DNA from: a virus
Taxonomy: Duplodnaviria > Caudoviricetes
IMG/VR virus record: IMGVR_UViG_2920551333_000002
Coordinates: 1 to 64,000 of that record
DNA: 64,000 nucleotides
Reading direction: 5' to 3' (one strand)
Shown here: positions 26,173 to 35,396 of the stretch, piece after piece
Layout of the letters: every line of letters begins with the position of its first letter
Position numbering within the stretch: position 1 is the stretch's first letter
Notes under the pieces: generated by a model
What the model was told of the DNA's origin: nothing
Database searches by the model: none
What the model saw: only the letters and a program-made list of their open reading frames with translations
Made by a program: the position numbers and the translations under genes

Positions 26173-27830
26173 CGGTCCGCTCCCTTGTCGTCGGTGGACG
26201 AGCCGTCCCCGTCCGCTTCGTCCGCGCCGGACGGTCCGCTGTCCGGCGCCTGCTCGGTCCGCGCGGACGAGCCGTTCTTGTCCGCGCCCTCCACGGCGGA
26301 CGAACCGTCCGTCCGCAGCAGGTGCAGCAGCGCGCTGGCGCGCTGATTGCTGATCGTCCGTCCGCCTGCTTTCACGGCTGCCGCGAGCGAGTCGCGGGTG
26401 AGCCGGGTACCGCTCCGCTGGTGCTCGGCGAGGATCTGCCGTCCGAGCGGCAACACGTCGGCGAGGTCGTCCGCACCTGCGGTCCGCCCGCTCGTCCGCG
26501 ACTTCCGTCCGCCGTTCGTCCGCGCGGACGGACGACGCCCGTCCGTCCGCTTCCTGCTCGGCCGTCCGCCCGGGCGGGGCTTGCCGTCCGCGTCGTCCGT
26601 CCGCTTCGGCTCGGGCTCGTCGTCCGTCGTCCGTCCGCCGTCCGTCCGCCCCTCGTCCGCCGCGCTCGTCCGCTCGTCCGTCCGCTTGCCGGTCGGGTTC
26701 TCGTCCGCCGCCCATCCGCGCTTGAGCACATCCCGCCACCGCACACGGCGCACCGGCTCGTCCGCCGTCCAGGCCTCGTCCGTCCGTCCGCCGTCCGCGC
26801 CGTCCGCGCCGTCCGCCCGCCGTTCGTCCGCCGGACGAAGCTCGCCCGTAGGCAGCGGACGGTACATCGGGAACATCCCGCCACCCACCCGGCTCACGAA
26901 CCTGGCGATCGTCTGCTTGGCCGCCAGCGCGTCCGGGGACACGCCGTACAGTTCCTCCGACACGGCGGCGAGTTGCGTCAGCGCGAGCTCCAACTGAGTC
27001 CGCTGCGCGGCGACCACCGCCGACTGGGCTTCGTCCACAGTCCGCCACGTCGTGCGGACGGCGCGGCGCGTCCGTACGACCTCGACCGCGATGTGCGGCG
27101 ACTGCACGCCCTCGCTCACCGCCCAGCGGAAGGCCGTGAACGTCTCCTTGGTGTGCAGCAGCCAGCGCAGCGCACTGAACTTGGGCGCCCTCGGGTCGAT
27201 CAACCCGGCCTCGCGCAGGTCCTGGCGGTGCAGGTGGCGGGAGTGCATCGACCACAGCCACGGCGAGGCGAGCGAGCAGGCCGCGAACAGCTCGGGGTAG
27301 TCCTGCACGTGGGTGTAGGACAGGTACCCGGCGCCCGCGCCAATCGCGTAGGACCACATGCGGGTCGCCCAGGCCGCGTCACCCTCCCTCAGCGCCACGT
27401 GCGCGTGCCAGGAGACGTACACCGCGACCGACTCGACGATCCCGGCCGCGAGCAGGGCCCACAGCGTCGGCAGGCCGCGCTCCATGAACGACATCGCCTG
27501 GCCCGAGACTGCGACGAGGTTGACGCCCAGGTTCGTGGTGCTCATGACCAGCAGACGGCCGGCCGTCCGGGTCCGCTCGGACCAGACCTCGCGCCGCTTC
27601 CGCCACTTCGCGCGGGTGCGCTCAGCTTCGGCTTCGGCCTCGGCGACGATCCGAGTCTGCTCCTGCTCGGCCAGCTCACCCGCCCGCTCGGACAGGGCTG
27701 CGCGGTGCTCGGCCTCTTCAAGCTCGCGCTTGCGCCGGGCCGCTTCGCGAAGCTCCTCCTGCTCGATGCGGAACTGCTCCGCTTCGAGCCGGGCACGCTC
27801 ACGATCGGGGCTGGGGGCAAGCAGTCTCAC
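26169..27830 (-). CDS. DUF2637/SpdB-like membrane protein with coiled coil and repeat-rich C-terminus
   Basis: Coiled-coil N-terminus, about 4 TM segments, SLASPWLW, GLIDPRAPKFSALRWLLH, C-terminal HTH-like segment. Confidence 0.7.
   Translation of the reverse strand: MRLLAPSPDRERARLEAEQFRIEQEELREAARRKRELEEAEHRAALSERAGELAEQEQTRIVAEAEAEAERTRAKWRKRREVWSERTRTAGRLLVMSTTNLGVNLVAVSGQAMSFMERGLPTLWALLAAGIVESVAVYVSWHAHVALREGDAAWATRMWSYAIGAGAGYLSYTHVQDYPELFAACSLASPWLWSMHSRHLHRQDLREAGLIDPRAPKFSALRWLLHTKETFTAFRWAVSEGVQSPHIAVEVVRTRRAVRTTWRTVDEAQSAVVAAQRTQLELALTQLAAVSEELYGVSPDALAAKQTIARFVSRVGGGMFPMYRPLPTGELRPADERRADGADGADGGRTDEAWTADEPVRRVRWRDVLKRGWAADENPTGKRTDERTSAADEGRTDGGRTTDDEPEPKRTDDADGKPRPGGRPSRKRTDGRRPSARTNGGRKSRTSGRTAGADDLADVLPLGRQILAEHQRSGTRLTRDSLAAAVKAGGRTISNQRASALLHLLRTDGSSAVEGADKNGSSARTEQAPDSGPSGADEADGDGSSTDDKGADR
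26200..26835 (-). repeat. Dense array of RCGGACGR 8-mer direct repeats (clt-like)
   Basis: Roughly 30 copies by eye of YCGTCCGY on the + strand, mostly in one orientation. Confidence 0.75.
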
Positions 27831-28141
27831 GCCGCCACCTCGTACGTGCCGATCCCGAGCCGGCGGCGCTGCGTCGGGGTGGTGCCGCCGATGATGCCCC
27901 AGTTGTCGAACGGCATCGTCCGCGCGCGGTTCAAGCACTCGCCGGCCAGGCCGGTGAAGGGGCAGCCTGCACAGAGCTGGCGGGCGTAGTCCTCGTCGTC
28001 GGACAGGCGGGCGTCGAGGGGGTACCAGTCGTCGGGGTCGGTGCCGGGCTGGCGGCACTTGGCCTTGCGGGTGAGGACGGCGTCGAGGTCAGGGGTGGAT
28101 GTGACAACGCCAGCGGGCGATGCCACGATGTGGCTGGACAT
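27827..28141 (-). CDS. WhiB-family (Wbl) Fe-S transcription factor
   Basis: KC...DPDDWYP...ARQLCAGCP...ECL...WGIIGGTTPTQRR. Confidence 0.9.
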   Translation of the reverse strand: MSSHIVASPAGVVTSTPDLDAVLTRKAKCRQPGTDPDDWYPLDARLSDDEDYARQLCAGCPFTGLAGECLNRARTMPFDNWGIIGGTTPTQRRRLGIGTYEVAA

Positions 28142-28288
28142 CGGGTCTCGTAGTCCTTTCGCAGAGGGAGAGACCTGGTGTTTAGGGCCCCGCCTGGAAG
28201 TGGAGTTCCGGGTGTGGGCCCGCGAAGACTTGTGGTGGGCGGCTTGCCGGTGGAGCGGTGGGCCGCTTTTTCGTGTCCTGCTACGCTG

Positions 28289-28347
28289 TGTTTACTAGTA
28301 AACAGAGTCGCACTGGCCATGCTGCATCACCCGACGATCACTGTCAA
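28289..28347 (-). promoter_or_regulatory. tra-operon promoter with palindromic operator
   Basis: Minus strand TTGACA(28347-42)-17 nt-CAGCAT; perfect palindrome TGTTTACTAGTAAACA at 28289-28304. Confidence 0.7.
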
Positions 28348-28426
28348 GCCCGCAGGTGAGCCGCACCCGCTTGCCGCTCGTAATACGATCAGCGCCAGCC
28401 AGAACAGCTCAGAGAAGGAGCCCAGA

Positions 28427-29128
28427 GTGCCCGTCGCGAGGTTTCCCGAGGTCCTAAACGACCTCCGGACCAAGATCCTCGACGGCACTTACCCCCCAGG
28501 CGAGCCGCTCCCCCACACCGAAGACCTGATGCAGAGCTACGACGTCAGCAGGCAAGTCATCACCAACGCGATGCGGGCCCTCAAGGAGGAGGGACTGGTC
28601 TGGCGCGTCGCCAACAAGGGCATGATCGTGCAACGACCGCCTGTCATCATCGAAATCCCCATGGCCGTCGAGCGGCGCAACGAGCCCATCGTGTTCATGA
28701 ACGCATGCATGTCGGCGGGTACTACGGGTCACCTAATCGAACAGACTCCGCGAACCGTCCGCCCGCCCGAAGCGATCTTGGAGAGCCTACGCCTCGACCC
28801 CGATCACCCGGTGCTCTACATCGAGGGACATGGTGTTGTCGATGGCCAGGTCGTGTGCCTCGATCAGTGGTACCTCGCTACAGAGGAGCCTGAAGCCGAA
28901 GCGGCCAGCGCAGACCGGTCATCCGACGTGTTGGACATCCACACTCAGCTCCGCCAAGCGGAGCTGGACGAAGCGACAAGGCTCCGAGTCAGCCGAGGCA
29001 GCCCACTGCTCGACATCACGCGCATCACCTACGACTACACTGGCCAGCCTCTCCATCTACTGCGCCGCCTGATCAACCCGCAGCGGGTCCACGTCGTAGA
29101 CCATCGGCTCCCTCCCACGTCACCCTGA
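28427..29128 (+). CDS. GntR-family repressor with UTRA-like domain (KorSA/TraR-like)
   Basis: LRTKILDGTYPPGEPLP...YDVSRQVITNAMRALKEEGLV; divergent from tra operon; AAGGAG RBS. Confidence 0.88.
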   Translation: MPVARFPEVLNDLRTKILDGTYPPGEPLPHTEDLMQSYDVSRQVITNAMRALKEEGLVWRVANKGMIVQRPPVIIEIPMAVERRNEPIVFMNACMSAGTTGHLIEQTPRTVRPPEAILESLRLDPDHPVLYIEGHGVVDGQVVCLDQWYLATEEPEAEAASADRSSDVLDIHTQLRQAELDEATRLRVSRGSPLLDITRITYDYTGQPLHLLRRLINPQRVHVVDHRLPPTSP

Positions 29129-29184
29129 CCAATCAGCGTCATATACGACACAAAGTCGATCAATGCGCCTTACCCTGTTCTGCT

Positions 29185-30438
29185 ATGAGTCAGGGAGCGA
29201 ACACCCCCCCAAACAAGCCAGCCAGCAAGTCTCTCCGGGAGCTGTTCCCGGGGTTCTTCCCTCCGAGCGACGATTCGCTGCGCCTGTTCTTGACGGAGGG
29301 GCTGATCGTCTTCGACACCAACCCACTTCTGGACACCTACAAGCTGACCGGTGTGGCGCGAGCCGAGTTTCTCAACACGCTCCGCGTGCTGGGCGACCGG
29401 CTATGGATCCCACATCAGGTGGGACTTGAGTTTCTCCGGAACCGCAACACAGTCATTAGCCAGGGTACCGGTTTTCGCGATAAATTCCGAAGCGCAGCAA
29501 ACGACCTACACAAGGTCGTACAGCAATTGAAGGAACATCGCGGCCTCAAAGACGAAGAGGTCAGCGACATCAAACAAGCGATCGACACTGCCATCACAGA
29601 AATCCTCGATACGCACTCCGACCTTTACGCCTTTGAAGTTGAGCCAGGAACAACAGTAGACAATGACCCGGTATTCAAGGAGATAGATCGGATCACGGCT
29701 GGCAAGATCGGACCGCCGCTCTCCAACCTGGACGAGGCCAAGAAAATCGGAGCCCAGCGGCTTAAGAACAAAGTGCCGCCCGGCTATAGCGACGTCCCCG
29801 ACAAGGGCTCAGATGACGCCCTCGGTGACTACTTCGTCTGGGAACAGACTCTCATCGAGGCCACGCACCGCCAGCTACCTGTTCTGCTTGTCACCAACGA
29901 CAGCAAAGAGGACTGGATTCGAAAGGAGGGCTCCTACAGGCGTGGTCCTCGGCCGGAGCTGGTGGAAGAGATGCTTACCAGGGCTGGGCAGCCTTTCCAT
30001 CTAATGAACGTCAGATCCTTTCTTTTCCAAGTAGGGAAGCACCTACACACTCACATCAGCGACTCGACTATTAAACAGGCCGAGTCTGTCCAGAGGCAGG
30101 TGGAACTTTCCCCAAGTGCACGCTTCGAGCCCGTCTTCCTGGACAAAACCGGTCGCTCCTTCTCCCTCATAACGTTGTTCCCAGATTTGACCCCACGACA
30201 GTACGTCATGCTCAGACGCATCCTGCTCTCAGGCGAAACGGTGTCGACAGAAGACATATCAGATGTCATCGCTGTCCGAAGGGCTCTCAACGAACTACGC
30301 CACAAAGAGATGACCATCCGCATCAATCGTGACAAAAACCGATCTGGCGACCGAGCACTACTCGATGAATGGCGACAGGGGAAGCTGACCAATGAAATCT
30401 TCCTCGACGAGGACGAGAGCGGCAATCTGGAGGAATGA
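29185..30438 (+). CDS. PIN-like domain protein (DUF4935 type)
   Basis: VFDTNPLL, WIPHQVGLEF, PPGYSD, GDYFVW, VTNDSKEDW. Confidence 0.8.
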   Translation: MSQGANTPPNKPASKSLRELFPGFFPPSDDSLRLFLTEGLIVFDTNPLLDTYKLTGVARAEFLNTLRVLGDRLWIPHQVGLEFLRNRNTVISQGTGFRDKFRSAANDLHKVVQQLKEHRGLKDEEVSDIKQAIDTAITEILDTHSDLYAFEVEPGTTVDNDPVFKEIDRITAGKIGPPLSNLDEAKKIGAQRLKNKVPPGYSDVPDKGSDDALGDYFVWEQTLIEATHRQLPVLLVTNDSKEDWIRKEGSYRRGPRPELVEEMLTRAGQPFHLMNVRSFLFQVGKHLHTHISDSTIKQAESVQRQVELSPSARFEPVFLDKTGRSFSLITLFPDLTPRQYVMLRRILLSGETVSTEDISDVIAVRRALNELRHKEMTIRINRDKNRSGDRALLDEWRQGKLTNEIFLDEDESGNLEE

Positions 30439-30605
30439 CCCTTGCGCCTGGCATCCTTACATGCCAGGTAACGCCAACGGCGACATCGGCCAGTCAAGCC
30501 TCCGTGCCGTGAGCCAGCGCTACAGCGTGCCTGCTCTGAACAGGGCCATTGCCTGTGTCGTTGCGAACGCTTCCACCTGTCCGGTGCCGTGCCTATGCTC
30601 GATGA

Positions 30606-31451
30606 GTGACTTTGACGGAGCATGAGATCACCTTCCGTACGCTCGACGGCCAACAGCTCGCCGGAACGCTCGTCACACCAGATGAATCACCTGAGCACGC
30701 CGTCGTCCTGGTCCACGGCGGCGGCGTGACGCGTCACGAAAGCGGCTTCTTCACCCGGATAGCCCGCGGGCTGAGCGACCGCGGTCTGGCGTCCCTCCGA
30801 TTCGACCTGCGCGGCCACGGCGAGAGCGAGGGCCGACAAGAAGAACTGACCCTCTCCACCATCCTCAACGACATCCGCGCCGCGCTGCAGCAGCTCCGCG
30901 AAACCACGGGAGCAGCCAGGCTGAGTCTGCTCGGCACAAGCTTCGGCGGCGGCATCTGCGGCTACTACGCTGCCCACCGACCTGACGAGGTGTCTCGGCT
31001 GGTGCTGTTCAACCCCCAGCTCGACTACAAGAAGCGCACCATCGACAGCCGCCCCTATTGGCATGACGACTACCTGGACGAAGACGTCGCCCGCCAACTC
31101 ACCAAGCAGGGAGCCATCACCTTCACCCCCACCCTGAAGCACGGCCGCCCCATCCTCAACGAGGTCTTCTGGCTGCAGCCGCACACCATCCTCGGCTCGA
31201 TCAAGGCTCCAACCCTCATCGTGCACGGCACCAAAGACACCCTCGTGCCGATCGAGTCCTCCCGCGCGGCCGTACCCCAGTTCACCGCCCCATGCGACCT
31301 CGTCGAGGTCGAAGGCGCACAGCACACCTTCGCTGTCCACGACGACCCGCAGTACCACAACCCCCAGAGCCAGGCATGGCAGGCATCCGTGATCGAGACG
31401 GTCGCCGGCTGGCTGCGAGACGGTCGCCTACGCGACAGGACGATCAGCTAG
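30606..31451 (+). CDS. Alpha/beta hydrolase
   Basis: LVHGGG, FDLRGHGES, nucleophile GTSFGG, HGTKD, GAQH. Confidence 0.9.
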   Translation: MTLTEHEITFRTLDGQQLAGTLVTPDESPEHAVVLVHGGGVTRHESGFFTRIARGLSDRGLASLRFDLRGHGESEGRQEELTLSTILNDIRAALQQLRETTGAARLSLLGTSFGGGICGYYAAHRPDEVSRLVLFNPQLDYKKRTIDSRPYWHDDYLDEDVARQLTKQGAITFTPTLKHGRPILNEVFWLQPHTILGSIKAPTLIVHGTKDTLVPIESSRAAVPQFTAPCDLVEVEGAQHTFAVHDDPQYHNPQSQAWQASVIETVAGWLRDGRLRDRTIS

Positions 31452-32603
31452 GAACTCCTGCAAGGCGCGCACTTGCGGCCGGCGCCGCCAACGATCCATC
31501 GACTGCAGCATCTCGCCCAGAACGGTGACCGTCCGCCGCGAGCGTGTGGCACGGGCTACACGGGCCGCCTCAAGGCCCACGCTTGCCGCCTGATCCGGTT
31601 CGCCGATCAACGCCAACGCGGCTGCGTGACGGGCCTGGAAGTAGCCAACGTCGCGGTAGGACAGGCTGCCACCGGCGATGATCGACTGAAGTATCTCGGC
31701 CGCCCTGGCGGGCTTACCCGCCTCGGTGAAGCACGCACTACTGCGCAGCAGCAGCACGCGCTCTGTGAAGGAACTCCCGAGCGCATTGGGGTCCCCAGCG
31801 GACACCTCTGGCAGCAGCTCGCGCGCCTCGTCTAGTTTCCGCTCTACGTCACTTACAGGTTCGCCGACCATGGCCAGACCCAACGCCTGTTGCTGCAGAA
31901 TCTCCGCGCGCACCCCTGGAGGGAACCGCCCGCTGCTGTAGCCGGCCGCATCAGCCAGGGTCAGCGCCTTCAAGGCATCCTGCCGGTCATATGCGAGCTG
32001 GGACTTCCGCAGCAGCACATAGCCCTGCATGGGACCGTCATCCGCCTCTTGCGCCCATTCGATTGCCCGGTCGTACCAGTACGTCGCTGTCGCGAGATCA
32101 CGCAGGTCGCGGTACAGCCAGCCGACGAATTCGGCGCCCTCGGCCCCCACGACCAGCAGTTGCCGCCGCACCTCCGGTTTCACTTCTCGGACAGCATGCT
32201 GCACAGCCCCAAGCACAGCCTGAACCTTCGGCAGCGCCACTGTCGAGCCAAGGGTTCCGTCATCCGCCTTGCTCGCTTCGAGCTGGGCGCGAAGCTCATC
32301 CACAATGGTCCCGTCGACATAGCGACGAGGATCAGTCAGGATCGCCTCAACCGGCGGCAGCGCATCCATACTCGCCGCTGGCCAGACGACGGCGCGCTGC
32401 CCGCGATCGGCGAGGGACACGAGTTCACCATTCGCCCCGAGTGCCTTATCGAGCGCCGTCGCGACAGGAGCGGTCGGCTGGCGGCGCCCGTTTTCAAGAT
32501 CCGCAATGTGGGTCTTGCTGCAGTTGGACAAGTCGGACACCCTGCGGAGCGACATATCACCACGTAGCCGTCGCAGTGCCTCACCGAACGTTTCCATTCC
32601 CAT
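31428..32603 (-). CDS. XRE-family HTH regulator with helical-repeat C-terminal domain
   Basis: FGEALRRLRGDMSLRRVSDLSNCSKTHIADLENGRR; AEFVGWLYRD. Confidence 0.85.
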   Translation of the reverse strand: MGMETFGEALRRLRGDMSLRRVSDLSNCSKTHIADLENGRRQPTAPVATALDKALGANGELVSLADRGQRAVVWPAASMDALPPVEAILTDPRRYVDGTIVDELRAQLEASKADDGTLGSTVALPKVQAVLGAVQHAVREVKPEVRRQLLVVGAEGAEFVGWLYRDLRDLATATYWYDRAIEWAQEADDGPMQGYVLLRKSQLAYDRQDALKALTLADAAGYSSGRFPPGVRAEILQQQALGLAMVGEPVSDVERKLDEARELLPEVSAGDPNALGSSFTERVLLLRSSACFTEAGKPARAAEILQSIIAGGSLSYRDVGYFQARHAAALALIGEPDQAASVGLEAARVARATRSRRTVTVLGEMLQSMDRWRRRPQVRALQEFLADRPVA

Positions 32604-32930
32604 GCGGCTCCTGTCGTGTCCGCACACGGTGTCCGCAACTTTGCGGACGCCCTGCGGACAGTCCACCCCTCGACCCTGACTGGCGGTGTCAACAACGCTA
32701 CTCTCGCGGGCTTTCGCTTTCGATGCCCGCTCAAATGGGCGGCCCCGGCCCCGGTGCGTGAACACCGGGGAGCTCCGGGGCCTAGATCAGGAATCGAGGT
32801 CCTGACCCGTGGCAAATCGTAAGGCCATCAGGATTCGCAGACACGCGGATCGCCCGCACTGGTCACCGTGCCGCCGACTGCGCAGAAGCACGTGTCCGCT
32901 CGACGAGAGCACGACAGACCGGAGATCCGC

Positions 32931-33764
32931 ATGAGCGAGATCCTTCCGCCAGCGCCTGGTGGCACCTTCAACCCGTGCCAGGCCGCACCAGCTCGAACGT
33001 ATGCCGTGCTACGAGGAGCCGACAAAGACGGGCTGCCGCCCGATCGTGATGCCAGCCAGTCGCTCAAGAAGACGCTGGGCGCGGTGGATGAGGTCGTGCA
33101 AGAGAACGCGGCCGCGCTGGTGCGCGCAATCCGCCACTACGCGCGAGAGGGACACACCCAGTTCGCCGACCTCGGCTGCGGCCGCCCCCTGCAAGGCATG
33201 GACAAGCTCAGGCTGCCCGACCTCGCCGACGTCGCCGCCCAGGCCCAGCCCGACCGGCTCTGGGTCGCCCTCGACTCCGACGTGCAGGTGATCACCGCCT
33301 GCCGAGCGCTGCTCACCGGTCCTGGCGTGAATGTCGTCCAAGAGGACCTGCGCCGGTCAGCGAAGGTCCTCGACGCGCTCTCCCGCCACCTCGACATGAC
33401 CCGGCCGGTCGTCGTCATCCTCGGCGCGGCGCTGCACTTCCTCGACGACCAGGACGCCAAGCACCTGATGATCGCCTTGCGCGCCCGACTCCCCCAGGGC
33501 AGCCTCGTGATCATCACGCACGTCCACCACGCAAGGCTCTCACCCGAACGGATCGCCGCAGGCCAGGCCGAGTACGAGCGGAAGCACGGCGTCAAGATCT
33601 ACGTCCGCAGCCGAGACGAGATCGCCGCGCTGGCCTGCGATTTCACCTTGCAGGAGCCGGGCGTGGTCCGCACGATCGACTTCCGTCCCGACCAGGAAGG
33701 GCCTGGCCCGGTCCAGGACGCGCCGCACTTCCTCATGCTGGCGGCCAAGCGACCTGCGGTGTGA
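32931..33764 (+). CDS. SAM-dependent methyltransferase (actinobacterial DUF574 type)
   Basis: PARTYAVLRGADKD, QFADLGCGRP, ALHFLDD, GSLVIITH, EPGVV. Confidence 0.85.
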   Translation: MSEILPPAPGGTFNPCQAAPARTYAVLRGADKDGLPPDRDASQSLKKTLGAVDEVVQENAAALVRAIRHYAREGHTQFADLGCGRPLQGMDKLRLPDLADVAAQAQPDRLWVALDSDVQVITACRALLTGPGVNVVQEDLRRSAKVLDALSRHLDMTRPVVVILGAALHFLDDQDAKHLMIALRARLPQGSLVIITHVHHARLSPERIAAGQAEYERKHGVKIYVRSRDEIAALACDFTLQEPGVVRTIDFRPDQEGPGPVQDAPHFLMLAAKRPAV

Positions 33765-33964
33765 CAGATCATGGCGCGGCAGCAGCCCACCCCGGCGAGG
33801 TGTATCCGCCATACGCCTCAGTGCCGCGCCTGCTGCGGTCGGCCGGGATCGGGCCCCCGCCGCACCGCACCGCCGGGCGCAGGACGGAGCCGCCCATGCT
33901 CCCTGCTGCGCCCGGCCCCCGACCTCTTCCGCATCCACCTCTACGCATCACCCGGAGGAACCCC

Positions 33965-34270
33965 GTGGCCACCGCCAACGCGACCGCCGACGAACTCGCC
34001 GACGCCGCGGCTCAGGCATACATCCGACAGCACCAGGGGCGCATGCCCGACTGGCTGCTCACCTACAGCCCCTCCCGGCGCAGCCTCATCGCCTACTACC
34101 GCGGGTACTGCCCCCCGCCGGGCATCCAGGTCGAAGCCGAGTACCCAGACGAGCTCCCGCGCCTCCTGCACGAAGCCGTGCAGCCGCTCTGGCAGTCACA
34201 CGGCGCGCCGACGCTGGCAGGCAGAAGACCCGACCCGTGCTCCGGCAATCGAGCGGCGCCGAAGGGGTGA
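33965..34270 (+). CDS. Small hypothetical protein
   Basis: GGAGG RBS before GTG; PDWLLTYSPSRRSLIAYY. Confidence 0.55.
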   Translation: MATANATADELADAAAQAYIRQHQGRMPDWLLTYSPSRRSLIAYYRGYCPPPGIQVEAEYPDELPRLLHEAVQPLWQSHGAPTLAGRRPDPCSGNRAAPKG

Positions 34271-34276
34271 ACGCGC

Positions 34277-34519
34277 GTGAACGAGACAGGGCTGGCACAC
34301 AAGCGGCTCTCGGCGCTGCGTCACACCTTCCCCGCGTTCGACATCGCCCGCGGCCGGGACGAAACCGGCCAAGAGTGGTGGATCGCCCGGCTCCGACGCG
34401 AAGCCACCGAACGCATGCAAGCCGCCGGGGTGATCGCCGTCGTCCAGCGAAGGGACTACGCCTCGCTGGCGTCCTCGCTGGCGTGTCAGGCGGCCATCCT
34501 GCACCACTTCCGCGCCTGA
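34277..34519 (+). CDS. Small hypothetical protein
   Basis: LSALRHTFPAFDI...WWIARLR; in operon. Confidence 0.6.
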   Translation: MNETGLAHKRLSALRHTFPAFDIARGRDETGQEWWIARLRREATERMQAAGVIAVVQRRDYASLASSLACQAAILHHFRA

Positions 34520-34673
34520 CCCACCACCCACAGCTCCCCGGCGGCCGTTGTCACAGGCGGCCGGCGGGAGAGGTGCCCATCCCCATCGGAACGGCACCCA
34601 TCCCAGGACGTCACCCGCGGCCTGGGCTCCCACGCCCCGGACCGCCTCCCGGGGCAGACGAAAGGAGAAACGC

Positions 34674-34892
34674 ATGATGGCCAACGACCTGTACAACCGG
34701 CCGATCGACGAACAGGGCTTCCGCCGACTGTGCGGCGGCAACGACGGCGAGGAGGGCGAATCCTGCGTCGAGATCGCCCCGCTCGTGGGCATCGATGACG
34801 CATTCGCCCTGCGTGACTCCAAGCACCCGGAAGCCGGGACGCTCCGCTTCCACGGGTCCGAGCTCCGCGCGGCCGGCATCACCACCATCTAG
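34674..34892 (+). CDS. DUF397 domain protein
   Basis: GESCVEIA...FALRDSKHPEAGTLRF; AAGGAG RBS. Confidence 0.85.
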   Translation: MMANDLYNRPIDEQGFRRLCGGNDGEEGESCVEIAPLVGIDDAFALRDSKHPEAGTLRFHGSELRAAGITTI

Positions 34893-34972
34893 GCACCACC
34901 GATGACGAGCGGCCCCCGCCTGAAGAAGGCAGGCAGGGGCCGCCCCCAGCAACACTACGGGAGCAGCAAACC

Positions 34973-35377
34973 ATGCACTGGCACGCCTACCAGTGGACCG
35001 GCGCAGGCGCCGACCGGGCCAACGAGGCAGAACGTCGCACCACCTCAGCGGATTTCCCCGCCTCGCCGTTGCCGCCCATGCGGACCGGCGACTGGCTGGC
35101 CAAGCCCCCCACGCGCATCGCTGGCACCTTCACCGACGTCGCCCCAGCCGTGGAGTGGCTGGAGGCCAAGTACGACGCAGCCCGCTCCGCCCTGCTCACC
35201 CCGGAACGCATTCCGCTGTCCGACCGGCTGGCCAACGCCCGCGATCTGCTGCCACGCGGGGTGGACGTGCAGTGGGGCGAATGGCTGAGCGGCGGCCGGT
35301 TCATCACGCTCGGCATGGTCTGCTGCCCGAACCGACACACCCCGCATTCCTGCCCCACCAGCGGCCGAACAGGATGA
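34973..35377 (+). CDS. Hypothetical protein upstream of the nucleotide-modification operon
   Basis: MHWHAYQWTG...DWLAKP...GVDVQWGEWL...CCPNRH...CP. Confidence 0.7.
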   Translation: MHWHAYQWTGAGADRANEAERRTTSADFPASPLPPMRTGDWLAKPPTRIAGTFTDVAPAVEWLEAKYDAARSALLTPERIPLSDRLANARDLLPRGVDVQWGEWLSGGRFITLGMVCCPNRHTPHSCPTSGRTG

Positions 35378-35396
35378 CCGGAGATGGAGAACTGAC

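Noticed and set aside
26200-26835. CRISPR array
   Set aside because: Repeats are 8 bp, irregularly spaced and inside an ORF; no cas genes.
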